Positions 28,666 to 42,090 of a stretch of 64,000 nucleotides of DNA are shown here, piece after piece. The first letter of the stretch is position 1. Every line of letters starts with the position of its first letter. This DNA is from Eledone cirrhosa (lineage: Eukaryota). The position numbers and the translations under genes are program-made. The stretch is taken from assembly GCA_964016885.1 (NCBI GenBank), contig OZ024740.1, forward strand, positions 377,766,001-377,830,000, given 5' to 3'. Below the pieces are notes generated by a model that saw nothing but the letters and a program-made list of their open reading frames with translations, did not search any database and was not told the DNA's origin.

Positions 28666-28711
<46 letters not shown>

Positions 28712-29049
28712 TTATGATGGACTCTCTAGTCGTATATTGACGTATGAGGGTTCAACAGTCTTCTCAGTTCAATTATTTTTATGGTTATGCCTCAACCCTT
28801 TAGCATTTAAACCGGCCATATCCGGCCAGAATTCTCTCACCTCTTTCTGTTCAAACCGGCCATAATTGGCCACTCATACTGATGTTAAGGTATTGTTCTC
28901 AAAATAAATAATATCAAAATCTCATAGATTCGATATTATGTGAGATAATTATGTGAGATAAAGCCTTTATTGTGAAAACAATAGATATATATAGAATAAT
29001 ATAAATGCTAAAGAGTTAAATGGCACTTTAGTCCAACAGCTGATTTACA

Positions 29050-29468
29050 CATCAAGCCTAATTTAGTGCTGATGACAGGATTTTCCACGGTCAACAGCTA
29101 AGGGCTTCAAAGGAAGTCAGATGTATACTCACAGATTTAAGATTGTACCTCAGTTTGCTTTTATATTTGAATAATGGTCTACCTACATTACGTACAGAAT
29201 TATAAAGATGATTATATAACAGTGACTTGGATGCGCCATCCTTGGCCATCCGTAAGACATGACCAGTCCATCTGAGTTGGAATTGCATCAGAACTGATTC
29301 AATCCCACCGATAATTCACCTCTTGAACAGATGGGCATTGGAGACTCTGTGACAAAATACATAACCACAAATAGAGCGAAGACAATGTTTGTGGAAGACA
29401 TCAAGTTTATAAATCTGGGTGTTATAAAGTGTTCGTGGAGCGGAGCCGTATAAAAGTGTTGTCAGTAC
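29050..29468 (-). mobile_element. RTE-clade LINE fragment (3' part; host of the Gypsy)
   Basis: VLTTLLYG...FHKHCLRSI...QLRWTGHVLRM...RNVGRP. Confidence 0.85.
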
Positions 29469-29634
29469 TGTAGTGACCTATAACAGCATTAATTTAATCG
29501 CTTCTTTGTTTATTGTCCCGGATGCATTATTTTTCCGGTCCAGTGGTTTGACAGGGAAAAATAAGCGATTTTGTTTTCCTTTTCTGTTGCGTTAGAGACA
29601 TTTTTCCAAACGGTAAATTGCCTACGGTATACCA

Positions 29635-30430
29635 ATGGCTTCCCACTCTGTTCTGCCAACGTACACGGGCGACGTAAGGCTATGGTTCGCCCAGCTAGAA
29701 GCATTCTTCAGGGCGAACAGAGTTGACGAGGAACTACAACGTTCTGTGGTCCTTAGCGCAATTCCGCCGGCAATTCTCCCAGCGGTTAAGGACCTGGTGT
29801 TAGAGACACCCACAGACTCGTCGTACACGTCTCTGAAGGCTGAAATACTCAGCCGGACAGAACAGTCTTCAGAAAAAAAGATTTAGGGCTCTGGTCCATC
29901 TGGAGCATATAGGGGATGGCACCCCATCGAACCTCCTAAGGCGAATGAAGGACCTAACGGAGGGGTCGGTAGCGGAAACTGCCCTGATGAAGCAGTTGTT
30001 CTTCTCGCGCCTGCCGACCAACGTACAGGCAATTTTGGTCCCCATGAGGGATACAAGCACGGTGGATCAGCTTGCCGCATCTGCGGACAAAGTTTTCGAG
30101 GTGACGAATGTCGGAGGCAGTGACCTCCTTGCCGCTGTTCACCACCCAGCTCGGGCCACACACGGCCATGCGATCTACGCGGCAGCGCCAATAGACAGCT
30201 CGACCATTATAGCGATGCAAAGGTCCATTCAGGAACTCACCATAGAGCTCCACAAGATGAAGGCCTTGTGTGGTGCCCGTTCGCGCCCCCGCAGTCGCGG
30301 GAGATCGTAAAGTTTTAGACGGCGTTCTAAATCACCAGCTTCATCTTTATGCTGGTACCACGAGCGATTTGCTGAGAACGCGAATCACTGCGTGCAACCT
30401 TGCTCCTTTCATAAGGCAGGAAACGCCTAA
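29635..30430 (+). pseudogene. Gypsy gag (one frameshift near 29875, one stop at 30308)
   Basis: LWFAQLEAFF, YTSLKAEIL, LFFSRLPTNVQAIL; C-terminal CWYHERFAENANHCVQPC = Cx2Hx9Cx3C. Confidence 0.88.
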
Positions 30431-30441
30431 GAAGTCCTCTG

Positions 30442-30755
30442 ATGGGGACAGCTGACCTCAACATAAAGCCACCAAACCGCCATTTCTTCATTAAGGACCT
30501 AATGTCCGGAAGAGGTTTCCTCGTGGATACAAGAGCCTCCTGTAGTATTTGGCCGGTCCATTGCCTGAAAGATACCCCCATAGAGTCATCTGTTACGCTG
30601 CAGGCAGTTAACCACTCGTCTATAAAGACGTACGGGCAAATCTCGCTTCCTCTTAAATTCCTAAATCTTCGAAGGGATTTTAAGTGAATTTTTACGGTTG
30701 CCGATTTGCCATATCCCATCTTAGGAGCGGATTTCCTCCACAACTTCTCTTTAAA
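30442..30755 (+). pseudogene. Gypsy aspartic protease (disrupted)
   Basis: FLVDTRASCSI (DTGA-like), stop at 30685, then PILGADFL. Confidence 0.85.
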
Positions 30756-30793
30756 TTCATGGCCAGGAAGCCAATATTCCAATAGTCAGCCCC

Positions 30794-33511
30794 ATGTTCT
30801 TCGTCGCTGCCGATGGAGACGCCTACCATGCGTTGCTGGGTTCTTTTCCGGAGCTCACGGATGGAAATGTTCGAATCACTGACCCAACACACTCGACCGA
30901 ACCTTTCGTTTACACCACCAGTGCTCCAGTGTTTTCGCGTCCACGCCGCTTACCGACGGAAAAATTAAAAGCAGCACGGTCCGAGTTCGACCATATGCTG
31001 CAGCTGGGCATTATTCGCCCATCTACGAGTCCTTGGGCTTCACCGTTACACATGGTGCCCAAGACTTCCAGCGACTGGAGACCCACTGGGGATTATAGGA
31101 GGTTAAATGTCATGACCGTCCCGGATAGGTATCCCATTCCCCATCTCCACGATTTTGCATCTTCACTGCAGGGGTGTAAGATTTTTTCTAAGTTAAATTT
31201 AGTGCGAGCCTACCACCAAATTCCGGTCAGGAAGGAGGATATTCCGAAAACGGCGATTACAACCCCTTTCGGATCCTTCGAATTTTTGACCATGCCTTTC
31301 GGAATCAGGAACGCCGCTAGCACTTTTCAGCGGTTCATAGACGAGGTCACGCGTGGTCTGGACTTCGTTTATGCTTACATAGACGATATTCTCGTCGCTA
31401 GTTCCTCTCCGGAAGAGCATATGCGCCACATGCTTCTCTTATTTCGGCGACTTCAGGATTACCGCGTTCGCGTGAATCCTGCAAAGTGTGTTTTCGGTTC
31501 CACTTCCCTACATTTTTTGGGCCACCTCATCGACGCCGAAGGTATTAGACCGCTCCCTCAGCGAGTTCAAGCCATACAGGAGTTACCTCCGCCTACTACA
31601 CTTCACCATTTGCGTCACTTCTTAGGCCTAATCAATTTCTATAGGCGTTTCATTCCTCATTGTGCTAATTTGCTATCTTCCCTTACTGACATTTTAAAAA
31701 CTCGTCGTAAGAAGAATGAAGACATTTCCTTGACACAAGGACAGCTTCAGTCTGCCAAGACAGCACTCGCTAGTTCTTCTTTGCTAGCCCACCCGGTACC
31801 AGAGGCCAAGCTTTCGCTTTGTGTTGATGCATCTGATACCGCTGTGGGAGCAGTTTTACAGCAGTCCTACACTGAAAACCAACAACCTTTGGCATTTTTC
31901 TCGAGGAAGTTGAAACCAGCAGAAACGCGTTATAGCACGTTTGGGCGGGAATTATTAGCCATATATCTGTCGGTGAAACATTTCTCTCTTATTCTTGAGG
32001 GGAGAAATTTTACGGTTTTTACCGACCACAAACCGTTGACCTTCGCTTTGAGGGCCAAAGCCGACAGATATTCGCCCAGAGAGACAAGGCACCTGGACTA
32101 CGTTTCACAATTTACAAACGATATCCAGCACATTGCCGGCTCGCACAACATAGTTGCAGACGCATTGTCACGTTTGCCAATTAGCTCCATCTCGTCATCC
32201 CAGGAGATCGACTTAGGTCGTTTAGCTGCAGACCAACCTGCACTCCAATCGTTGGACACTCTTTCTACTGAATTTGCGACTTGCATTTTCAAATATCTGC
32301 CCTTGTCCACCACCGACAGGCAGATTCTATGTGATGTATCTACTGATGCACCACGACCACTTGTTGCTGAGACTCACCGTCGAATTGTGTTCCTGGCTTT
32401 GCACAACATTTCTCATCCAGGATCTGCTGCTACAGTTAAACTCATAACAGCCAGATTCTTCTGGCCAAATATGAGGCGCGACATTGCTGCTTGGTGTCGT
32501 TCCTGCATCACTTGCCAGAAATCGAAGATCCATAGACACATCCGGACTCCACTTGGTACTTTCAGTACTCCAGATGCTCGGTTTCAACACATCCACATTG
32601 ACATCGTTGGACCTTGGCCATTCAGTAGTGGATATTTATACATATTGACGTGTGTCGATCGTTTTTCGCGATGGCCTGAAGCCATCCCTTTACAAGACAT
32701 GACTGCTGAGACTGTAGCACGTGCCCTGGTATCAGGGTGGATTACCCGCTTTGGGGTACCAACTACACTCACCACAGATCGTGGTAGACAATTCGAGTCC
32801 CATCTCTTCTCTGAGCTCACAAAAATAATTGGAGCTCAACGGATTCGGACCACAGCCTATCATCCTGCTTCAAATGGAATGGTGGAACGATTCCACCGCC
32901 AATTAAAGGCCGCTCTTCGCGCCTATCCAGACTCTCAACGTTGGAGCGAGTACCCTCCTATTGTGTTATTAGGAATTCGGTCATCAATAAAGGAAGACCT
33001 TGGGTTCTCCCCAGCCGAATTACTTTACGGTGCTCCTCTAGCGTTGCCTGGGCAAATGCTTGCCCCTGTTGATCTTGCTTTCCAAGATCCGCTTTCCTAC
33101 GTATCCCGTCTGCGTTCTTATTTTCAGGACCTGCCGCCGATGGATACGAGGAAACAAACTGTAAAACCTGCGGTTCCGAGGGATATTGCCTCGTGGACCC
33201 ATGTGTTCGTAAGGAACGATGCTGTGAAACCACCCCTCACACAACCATACTCTGGACTCTACCGTGTGTTAGCACGTACTGATAAACATTTCACTGTAGA
33301 CGTTAAGGGGTCCAGAGAGACAATTTCGGTGGATAGACTGAAAAGGGCACACAATGACGCTCATACACCCGAGCCACAAATACCCCAATCTTTCTCTCTT
33401 GTGCATACACCTGCTCCTTCTGCCCCACCTTCACCTACATACAAGACTACGACCCGTTCCGGTCGGAGAGTCCACTGGCCCAAAAAGTTCTGCCAAACTA
33501 TTTTTATGTGA
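30794..33511 (+). CDS. Gypsy pol: RT-RNase H-integrase, open over 905 codons
   Basis: [40 protein letters not shown] zinc finger, HIDIVG / TTDRGRQF / NGMVERFH. Confidence 0.93.
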   Translation: MFFVAADGDAYHALLGSFPELTDGNVRITDPTHSTEPFVYTTSAPVFSRPRRLPTEKLKAARSEFDHMLQLGIIRPSTSPWASPLHMVPKTSSDWRPTGDYRRLNVMTVPDRYPIPHLHDFASSLQGCKIFSKLNLVRAYHQIPVRKEDIPKTAITTPFGSFEFLTMPFGIRNAASTFQRFIDEVTRGLDFVYAYIDDILVASSSPEEHMRHMLLLFRRLQDYRVRVNPAKCVFGSTSLHFLGHLIDAEGIRPLPQRVQAIQELPPPTTLHHLRHFLGLINFYRRFIPHCANLLSSLTDILKTRRKKNEDISLTQGQLQSAKTALASSSLLAHPVPEAKLSLCVDASDTAVGAVLQQSYTENQQPLAFFSRKLKPAETRYSTFGRELLAIYLSVKHFSLILEGRNFTVFTDHKPLTFALRAKADRYSPRETRHLDYVSQFTNDIQHIAGSHNIVADALSRLPISSISSSQEIDLGRLAADQPALQSLDTLSTEFATCIFKYLPLSTTDRQILCDVSTDAPRPLVAETHRRIVFLALHNISHPGSAATVKLITARFFWPNMRRDIAAWCRSCITCQKSKIHRHIRTPLGTFSTPDARFQHIHIDIVGPWPFSSGYLYILTCVDRFSRWPEAIPLQDMTAETVARALVSGWITRFGVPTTLTTDRGRQFESHLFSELTKIIGAQRIRTTAYHPASNGMVERFHRQLKAALRAYPDSQRWSEYPPIVLLGIRSSIKEDLGFSPAELLYGAPLALPGQMLAPVDLAFQDPLSYVSRLRSYFQDLPPMDTRKQTVKPAVPRDIASWTHVFVRNDAVKPPLTQPYSGLYRVLARTDKHFTVDVKGSRETISVDRLKRAHNDAHTPEPQIPQSFSLVHTPAPSAPPSPTYKTTTRSGRRVHWPKKFCQTIFM

Positions 33512-34120
33512 ACTGGCCACTGGAGCCTTATTTTTATTTTGCTGTTCTTGTTATTTATTGATTTGTTGTATTATAATGTACCTCTCATTACCATTTCACT
33601 GGATGTATATATATGTTTTTCGTTTCATTTTACAACGAACATTTTAAGCTATATTCTTCTATTTGCCGGTTTAAAAATTTACCACGTAAATTTGCCGTTG
33701 AAAACCGCGCATTTATTAAGAATGCTTATTTCTCTGGTCGCTGGCCTCTTGACCCTTCCAGGTCAACGCATTCACAACATCAACAACAACAACACAGCTT
33801 CATCAACAACCAAAACCAGCAGAACAAGCCAGAGAATTTATTTCTGCAGCACTCTTCCTGTGAGAAATTCCCTTCGGAAGTTGGAAATTTCACGTTATTC
33901 CACAGACCAGAAACCACCTGCATTCATTCTCTGGAACACATTCTTTACTGCTGCCATGTGATTGCACACATGTGAACTGTATTTTGGATATTTGAACTTT
34001 GACCTCTTCTCTTACTTTTATTACATTGTATCATAATGTTCATGCCTCTTATATGCTCGCCATCTTACTCCATGCATGCTTCATTCGATTTTTATGTTTT
34101 AAAAATCTGGCGGGGGATAA

Positions 34121-34580
34121 TGTAGCAAGAGTTGCCTCCCTTGTCATGACAATCTCATCACCGCTCTCTAGACAGGAAGTAGCTGGAGTTGCTTCCCTTT
34201 GGGAGTGACAGACTCCCTGTTGGTCACTTCCGGTCAGACCCTATAAAAGGAATAAGTCAGGACAATCTTCCTCTCTCGCCTCCTGAAATCCAAAGTGGTA
34301 ACACCTGCGACCTTAGCATGAGATGATTCATTTCTCATAATCCTTCCCCACCAAGAAGAATGCAACCGGCAACCTAAAAGCCTATGAAGATGTTAACACC
34401 AGCTAGAAAAGATCTCTCCTTTTCTCTACACACTTCAGGGTGGAGTTGTGACCATCGGGTAACGATTCATTTATATTTAATATCTTTGACTTCTATGAAG
34501 TAAAAACATTATCACAACACACACCGGTATTTACTGTCTTTTGTAATAATTTTATATGTACACCGATACTAATCTCCTAA
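34121..34580 (+). repeat. Gypsy 3' LTR (inferred)
   Basis: Starts TGTAG right after the PPT; TATAAAA at 34242; ends at the TSD; no second copy is available for confirmation. Confidence 0.7.
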
Positions 34581-35160
34581 AGTACCACTGAACGATAAAC
34601 AGCAACTTTCGTTTTCAGGGATATACCTCTGACACACCGTAGACGATGATGTAGTTTGCCAAAGGTGTTATTTGCCTTAGTGGTGCGATTGACGATCTCA
34701 TCATCCAGGGATAAAAAGCTACTCACCTTGCTGCCAAGATAAGTAAAGGAGTTCACATATTTCACATCCTTGCCATTATAAGTGATGGGAACATGGGGAT
34801 GCCCGTGCCCCGACTGGCCTTGCCCAACATCTTCTATTTGCCTGGAGGTGGCTGGCTTTGGTTGATGTACCACCTTAGTTTTCTTAATGTTGGTTGTTAT
34901 ACCAAATGCTTTAGAGGCAAGCGAGAAACGGTTCATCAGTTCTTGTGCCTCTTCGAGGGATGTTGCAACAAGTGCAGCAGCATCAGCAAACAGTAAATCC
35001 CGAAGTGTTTTAACTCTAAAGCGCTGCTGGTTGAATAACCCACCTGATGTGCAGAATTCAAATCTGACGAAAGTGTCTACGTCGCCAAATGCATACTGGA
35101 TCATTAGAGAGAAGAACGAAGCAAAGAGAACAGTATCCATGACACAACCCTGCTTCGTAC
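34581..35160 (-). mobile_element. RTE-clade LINE fragment (RT part; continues into 29468)
   Basis: KQGCV, LLFADAAAL (decayed FADD), NIKKTKV, FTYLGS, TKVAVYRSVVL. Confidence 0.87.
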
Positions 35161-35179
35161 TGTTGTGTGTGTGTGTAGA

Positions 35180-35385
35180 GTGGTCGTGTAAGCGTCACGA
35201 CAAAAAGCACCCAGCACACACTCTAAATGTGGTCGTCGTTAGGAAGGGCATTCAGCCGTAGAAACCTAGCCAGAAACAGTTTTATATGAGTAAGACACGG
35301 TCACCTGACCCAAATTGTCTCAAATGAGACAACCCGTCTAACCCATGCTAGCGTGGAAAATGGACGTTAAACGATGATGATTATT
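35180..35385 (+). mobile_element. SINE family 2 (Meta-like core, (GAT)n tail)
   Basis: TTAGGAAGGGCATTCAGCCGTAGAAA ... GGAAAATGGACGTTAAACGATGATGAT; also 38340-38620(-), 49030-49276(+), 50505-50650(-); tail fragments at 47070-47195. Confidence 0.7.
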
Positions 35386-35744
35386 ATGGTGGTGGTGGTG
35401 GTGATACATAAACTGTTTATAATCAATAAAGACCTTAATGTGAAACCTCGCTTTGTTATTTTTAGAGAGAGAGAACGTCGTTCTCACACGCGAATAATTG
35501 AAAGCACCGACTTTCAAAGGGAGACTACTTTGCACACAAAAACAGAAAAGAAAAATTACTGATCGTTTCAGATGGTAATAAGCATCAATTAAAGATGCTC
35601 ACAGTATAAAATAAGTTCGTGTACCGTAGACAGATATCAATTCTAAAGTTTTGAGTAGAATTGTTCCGTCAGAAAAAAAGTAGGTGAAATTAATCGTCTT
35701 TATTTTTCGTCCGAATTTTGTAAGTTAAGTCCCTTTGATATTAT

Positions 35745-35752
35745 TTTCGCGC
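35745..35752 (+). promoter_or_regulatory. Putative E2F site just upstream of the RFC2 ATG
   Basis: TTTCGCGC matches the TTTSSCGC consensus in a CpG-poor background; RFC subunits are typical S-phase genes. Confidence 0.45.
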
Positions 35753-35770
35753 GTTAATCAAGTTATAACT

Positions 35771-35856
35771 ATGGCGGGTGAGGAAGACATGATTGTTGAT
35801 ACTCCTGAAAAGAATGTAACTCAACCAAAGAAATCTAGTGGTTTCGAATTACCATG
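35771..35856 (+). CDS. RFC2: RFC2 coding exon 1
   Basis: ATG...MAGEEDMIVDTPEKNVTQPKKSSGFELP(W); donor GTAAGT at 35857; ELPW-VEKYRP (RFC box II) is completed in exon 2. Confidence 0.9.
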
Positions 35857-38129
35857 GTAAGTCATAGTTTATTGTTTCTGTTACTATATTGAAAATGTTT
35901 AATGTTATATTTGACTTGTGGTTTAATTAAAACAATAATGTTTTGCTTTATTACGTTCATCGGCGTGGTTTGGTTTTCTGAAATGCTTTGTTTATAAATC
36001 GAGATATGTCTTCCTTAATAAATAGGATATCCGTATCTTATCTGTGGATAGATTTAAGTAATGTTAATTTCTTACATAAGGACAGAGCTACGGATTTATA
36101 AAGAAAGCAGAGATGACATTTATTTCAAGCTTCATACCTCATGTAATTTATGTTAAAGCTGATCTATTTGGAGGGTAGCTTTATATCAATTAATGTTTGT
36201 TATGGTATAGAATCTGAAATGATTATAGATAACATGAAGCTTCAGATTCTCAGCGAAGCTGGGGCTTAAATTATACTATTAGAGTAAAATAAATATGAAC
36301 CCCAAACGCCAGAATTCCCTAACGTGACATCTATATTATAGAGAAAATTATCGGGTTGGTTGAATAGCAGAAACGGTAAAACGTTTGAGTTAGTGCCCTA
36401 TAGTTGTCTTTCGTGTCATTAGGTTTGATAAAATTCAGTCCCTAGTGTAAACTATGTCCCCACAAGAGATGTAGAGGGATCTCGGACATGTGCACAGGAA
36501 CAGTAAATACGCGTGAAATAGTTCCCTTGACTCAGTTGATAATTTTTAATTAAATGACTTAATTAGCAGTGGAGGTGTGTGCTTCGAAAGCATAGTAACT
36601 AGGATAAAAACAAGGGATAAGAGTTCAGAAGCCTACTATCATTTCTGCTGGCAACAAAATGTTTTGTTTTGTTTTGTTTTTCACTGATGCCTCTACGAAG
36701 TGTGCTGCCTTGATCAAGATGTGAGTTTTGAATGCAGAATATTTACAAAGACTAGAAAAAAATGAAGCGAACATGCTCCAGTGGATGTGTAATGTTAGTG
36801 TAAATGAATGACGAAGCATAAATGAACTGAGAGAAAAACTGAATATAATGTATACAAGAGAGAAGATTGTGCTGGTATAGACATTTGATATAAAGAGAGA
36901 ATGACAACAGTATAAATAAATGTATGGGCACTTGAAGTAGATGAAGCAGTGGAGGAAGTAAACTAAAAAAAAGACATGGGACTAAATGGTGAAGACTGAT
37001 CTCAGGATGCTGAACCTCATTCTGTGCTGGAGAACACTCTTGCATGCATAGTGAAACAAACATTAAAATGGCAGTAATGAAGGCTTGGATCTATAATACA
37101 TCTACATATGTCTCTCTTACCCCTAGAGCATTTAAACCGGCCGTATCCGGCCAGAATTAACTCACCTCTTTCTGTTCAAACCGGCTGCTCATACTTTTGT
37201 TAAAGTATTGTGCTCAAAATAAATAATATCAAAATGTCATAGATTTGATATTATGTGAGATAAAGTGTTTAATGTGAAAATAAATAGTAAATATAAAGTA
37301 ATGTCAATGCTAAAGGGTTAAGTCTCCATTGGTTGACCAAGCCCCACCTCTTTGATATCCTCTCGTCTCTATCTCTCCTATTCCATGTACCATACTGCCC
37401 ATGTAGCCAGAGATGAGCAGTGGATCTGTCCAATGCTCACCTAACTATCTGCTATTCACTGCACTGTGCCACCCACATGATAGATGTCATTACAGCTGTC
37501 TACACCTCATCTACTCTACCACCAACTTTATTATTCTGTTTTTTTTCTGTCACAGCTACAATGTATGACATCCTACCACCACTCCTTTTCTGTGCATCCT
37601 CTCCTCATGGAAACTTCTTATTGACATCCATTACTCACATGCTTTCTCTCTCTCGCTCTCACTCTTTAGTGACAAGTTAACTAAAATTGAAAAGGAGACA
37701 GTGTTGTGCAGATAAATAACACCACCATGAAAATGTAAACATATTTCAAAAATATTCTGTCTAAGCTGACTGCACATTTGATAATGTAAATCACAATTTG
37801 GTTGATATTAAGACAAAAAAAATCTCTTGTCTTATTTATGCTTAAACTTTGAGGTTCCTAAACTATAAGATATTTGAAATACTAGCAATATTTTTATCCA
37901 GGCAATATATTCTGGTTTTTCACGTGGATTAATTTTCAGCAGATTAAATATGTAAGGAAAAAAGGGTTTTTGTCTATTTTTATGAATTTAATTTGACAAC
38001 TTTTTAAAAAATTTCTTCTTTTCAAATTCATTTAAAATGAATATTTTCCAAAATCATTATCAGAAGTGAAAATTCCTTTATCTTTGTATTTTATAATATA
38101 TGTTATTGATGATATCCTTCATTCTATAG

Positions 38130-38241
38130 GGTAGAGAAGTATCGTCCAATTCTGTTGAAAGATATTATTGGAAATGAAGAAACTGTAACACGTCTTGAAA
38201 TTTTTGCCAAAGAAGGCAATGTTCCTAATGTAATAATAGCA
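38130..38241 (+). CDS. RFC2: RFC2 coding exon 2
   Basis: Acceptor ttctatag; [37 protein letters not shown]; donor GTAAGT. Confidence 0.96.
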
Positions 38242-38945
38242 GTAAGTTTAAACCTTAAACAATGTTATATTATTATTTTTAGTGATTTTGTTATTGTTAG
38301 TTGTGCACCCTTCCTATCATTCCATCAACCACTCTTAATCATCATTATCATACGTCCATTTTCCATGCTAGCATAGGTTAGACAGGTTGTCACGTTATGA
38401 GACAAGTCAGGTCAGACCATGTCTTACTCATTCAGATTTGTATTTCTACGGCTGGATGCTCTTCTTAACACCAAACACGTTATATTGTGGACTGGGTGCT
38501 TTTATTGTGGCACCAAAATGACCATCTAACAAGGTGGACTGGGTAGCTTTTGTCATGTCACCAGCACAACCACCTTACAAAGTGGACTGGGTGCTTTTTG
38601 TCATGTCTCCAGCACAACTGCCATCATTTTTTGCCATAAATGGCAAGTAGTATATTGACAGAATCGTCAGAACATTAAACAAAATATCTCAGCCTATTTG
38701 TTACAGTCCTTTATATTCTGAGTTCAAATCCTCAGGTTAGCTTTGTCTTTCATCATTCCGGTGTCAATAAAATTTAGACAATTATACCCTTCCCCAAAAT
38801 CTGTGATCTTTGGCCTATATTAGAAATCATTAAAACTATTTATTTCATTTGATTTTTTTTTTTTCTTTTGTTGTTCCCTGCTAGTGTAGTCAGAGTTAGA
38901 TTTTACATCTGTTTTTCCTTGCTAATATTCAATTATTGATTTCAG

Positions 38946-39052
38946 GGTCCTCCTGGTACTGGCAAAACAACAAGCATCCTCTGTCTAGCACGTGCTCTCC
39001 TTGGATCATCATTTAAAGATGCAGTTCTGGAACTTAACGCTTCTAATGACAG
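38946..39052 (+). CDS. RFC2: RFC2 coding exon 3 (Walker A)
   Basis: Acceptor tttcag; [35 protein letters not shown](R); donor GTTTGA. Confidence 0.97.
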
Positions 39053-39819
39053 GTTTGAATTAAACAGATATTCCCATTCAGATGTCTAGGCTGTATGTGG
39101 AGGACACCTATGTGTAAAAAAGGTGAAGAAAGAATGGGTGGTGTCATGTGTTGTGTGTGTTAACAAAGTTATTAATTTACCAAAGATATGCTTAGAAAAC
39201 TTAAGTGAACCTAAAGATGATAGAATGTTAGTTGAACAGAATTCTGTAAGAGTATGTCTAACAGAAAACTTCTAATTTAAGTGGTAAGAGATGGATGTAG
39301 CTAATAGATAGGCAGCTTTCAAAAGTTTTAAAAGGTGAGAAATTCAAAAGTTTGCTTGTGTCAACAGTATATCATTGTAAAGATCCCATAACACCTTGTG
39401 GAGTCGTAGAGACACCATCATACAGCGTGTCTAGGGCACTTTTAAACCTGGCGGAGCTCAACCCTCCCCAGCTGATTTTTCTATAGAGGAATTATTGGGC
39501 TGGTACTTTTTTTTATCGACCTCGAAAGGATGAAAGGCAAAGTTGATCACGGCCGGATTTGAAATTAGAGTACGCAATTCGCCACCTATTTTGATTGATT
39601 GACATAACATTATTTGAAGTCATTGATATTCAACCATTTTTCATTGAAACCAACCAAATCCAGCCACCTTATAAAGACAGTGGTATTTGTTGAAATTGAC
39701 CTTGTACTAACTGAAAATCCCTATGTCACAACCAAATTATCAACATTTTCTTTATTTCATTATTTTATGTGGATGAATCAAATATTAATGTTAAACTGCT
39801 GAACAACTGACCATATTAA

Positions 39820-40027
39820 CCCTTTAGTATTTAAACCGGCTGTATCTGGCCAGAATTCTCTCACCTCTTTCTGTTCAAACCAGCCATAACTTGCTACTCA
39901 TACAGATGTTAAGGTATTGTTCTCAAAATAAATAATATCAAAATCTCATAGATTCAATATTATGTGAGATAAAGCCTTTACCACGAAAATACAATAGTAA
40001 ATATAGAGTAATGTAAATGCTAAAAGG
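39820..40027. mobile_element. piggyBac-like MITE (TTAA target); copies 28796-29015, 37121-37317, 45765-45959
   Basis: Consensus TIR CCCTTTAGCATTTA / TAAATGCTAAAGGG; TTAA on both sides in two copies; shared internal sequence. Confidence 0.85.
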
Positions 40028-40614
40028 TTAAGCATAAATATAAATCTAGCCTCAAGATGTAAAAGCAATTTCTCTTACAAAAAATTAAAAAACCCAGCTA
40101 TGCAAGCATACAAAGCTGTCAAATAGTAAAAACAAAATTTTAAACTTTTAGGATTTTCTATAAATATTCTAAATACAGTAGAAGCCATTTATTATAATCA
40201 CAGAAAATATTATCCAAATTAGTAAATCCAAAACTTTTTATCTATGTATAAATTTGAGTGATTTCTGTCTATCCGTCTGTCACACAATGTTTGTGTTTGT
40301 TTGTGTGAATGTATGTATGTGTAAAAAGAAGGAAGGGGACAGTGAAAAAACTATAGCAAAACAGTGGCTGGTGTTCCATTTGCTATGCTGAGTGTGTGTG
40401 TTTGTGTGAATGTATGTCTGAGTGTTTATTTGTGTGTGTCTGTGTTTGTGCATTTATATTTATATATTCATACATATAAATGTATGCATATGCACATACA
40501 TACACGTCAGTGTGTTGAAAAAAATCCTAATTTTGATAAAATTTTACCAGCTGATTATTGTTATCAAAAAGCCTTTATTCCAATATGATAGCTGTATTTT
40601 TTTTTTTTTTTTAG

Positions 40615-40716
40615 GGGTATTGATGTTGTTCGCAACAAAATCAAGATGTTTGCACAACAGAAGGTAACTTTGCCAAAAGGAAGACACAAGATAATTATTT
40701 TAGATGAAGCAGACAG
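40615..40716 (+). CDS. RFC2: RFC2 coding exon 4 (Walker B)
   Basis: Poly-T + ag acceptor; [33 protein letters not shown](S); donor GTAATA. Confidence 0.97.
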
Positions 40717-41989
40717 GTAATAATACTTGCCATTTACAAAAATCAATCAATCTTGTCATCCTTTTCATATACACTACTTATAGATTTAAACATTTCTATA
40801 GCTTTAATCCAAATATCTGTAGAGTTGGTCAGAATAATTTATTATTTCTAATTTTTGGCACAAAGCCAGCAATTTTGTAGGGAGCAGGTAAGTCAATTAA
40901 ATCAACTTGATTGGCTCTTATTTTATCGACCTCAGAAGTATGAAAGGCAAAGTTGACCATAGCAAGATTTTGAAATCATAACATAGAGAGCCATAATGAA
41001 ATACTGCAATATGTAAAGTCAGCACTGAAGTGGAGGAAAAAAATCATGTTTAAATGGAATTAATTACATAAATACAATCTTTCGGTGACCCCACTATCAC
41101 TTGAGTTTTGGCAGCACCACATACATCCAGCAATTATATATTCTGTATTCTTTCTGCAGTATATCACACAAGGCCATATCCCTGATGTTATCACCCTCTT
41201 CAGCCTATCTGGAACGTCAGTGGACCCAGTTCAATACTGACTGGGTCTATGTAGACCTGCCCAACCTTTGCTAACATGGAAAGCAAACGTTAAATGATGA
41301 TGATGATTTCATCTAACACTAACGACTCTGCCAATCCACCACCCTTGGGTTAGAATAATTAATAACATAATAACTATATTATGAAGAGCCCACATGCTAC
41401 AGATTGCTACAAGTAACAGGGGAGATTTTTTTTTTGTTTTAGTTCAGTTCTTTTTAGTCTTTTAAGAAACTATACTTTGAGGGTCACATAAGTAATTAGA
41501 TTGATTTACAATGAAATGATACAGAATCAAACATATTAATTGTATTGTAGATTCAGTCAATACTTGCCAGAATAGAAAAATTTACATTACAATAACACAG
41601 ATAGAAAAATATGACAATACATGCATGTGTTTGTGTTTTCATTCTGTACTCTATAGCTAACAATGATTCATCATTTGATAGAGGTAAAGAAAAATATTTC
41701 CAAAGTTCCATATACAATCATGAAACTACTGTAGATTAGTAATGTACTTTTTGTAAATTTCTTCTGTTTATACGTTAAAAACTGCTGTGTAAATTATGTA
41801 AATTTATTTAATTATATTGTAATAGAGAATATTTGCTCTTTAAGTCTAACATCTGTTGTTTTTGTTGTTGCACATTTTCTGGTATTCTCTAAATCTCGAA
41901 TATATGAGGGGGGGGGGGGGGGTATTTACTTTATAAAAATATGTGAATATATTCTCATGAAAAAATATATGTACAAATTTGCATTTTAG

Positions 41990-42090
41990 CATGACAGATG
42001 GAGCCCAGCAAGCTTTAAGGCGTACTATGGAAATTTATTCAAAGACAACTCGATTTGCTCTTGCTTGCAATTCCTCTGACAAAATAATTG
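41990..42090 (+). CDS. RFC2: RFC2 coding exon 5
   Basis: Acceptor ttttag; [33 protein letters not shown]; donor GTAAAC. Confidence 0.97.

Larger units (their letters stand above)
29469..34580 (+). mobile_element. Ty3/Gypsy LTR retrotransposon, CsRn1-like lineage; 5' LTR almost entirely missing
   Basis: 5-bp TSD AGTAC at 29464-68 and 34581-85; gag, protease, RT, RNase H, integrase in gypsy order; PPT GGCGGGGGATAA precedes TGTAG at 34121. Confidence 0.92.

Noticed and set aside
33539-33975. ORFs between pol and the PPT as a possible env or extra gene
   Set aside because: Short, overlapping, low-complexity, with no recognisable motifs; more likely 3' UTR.
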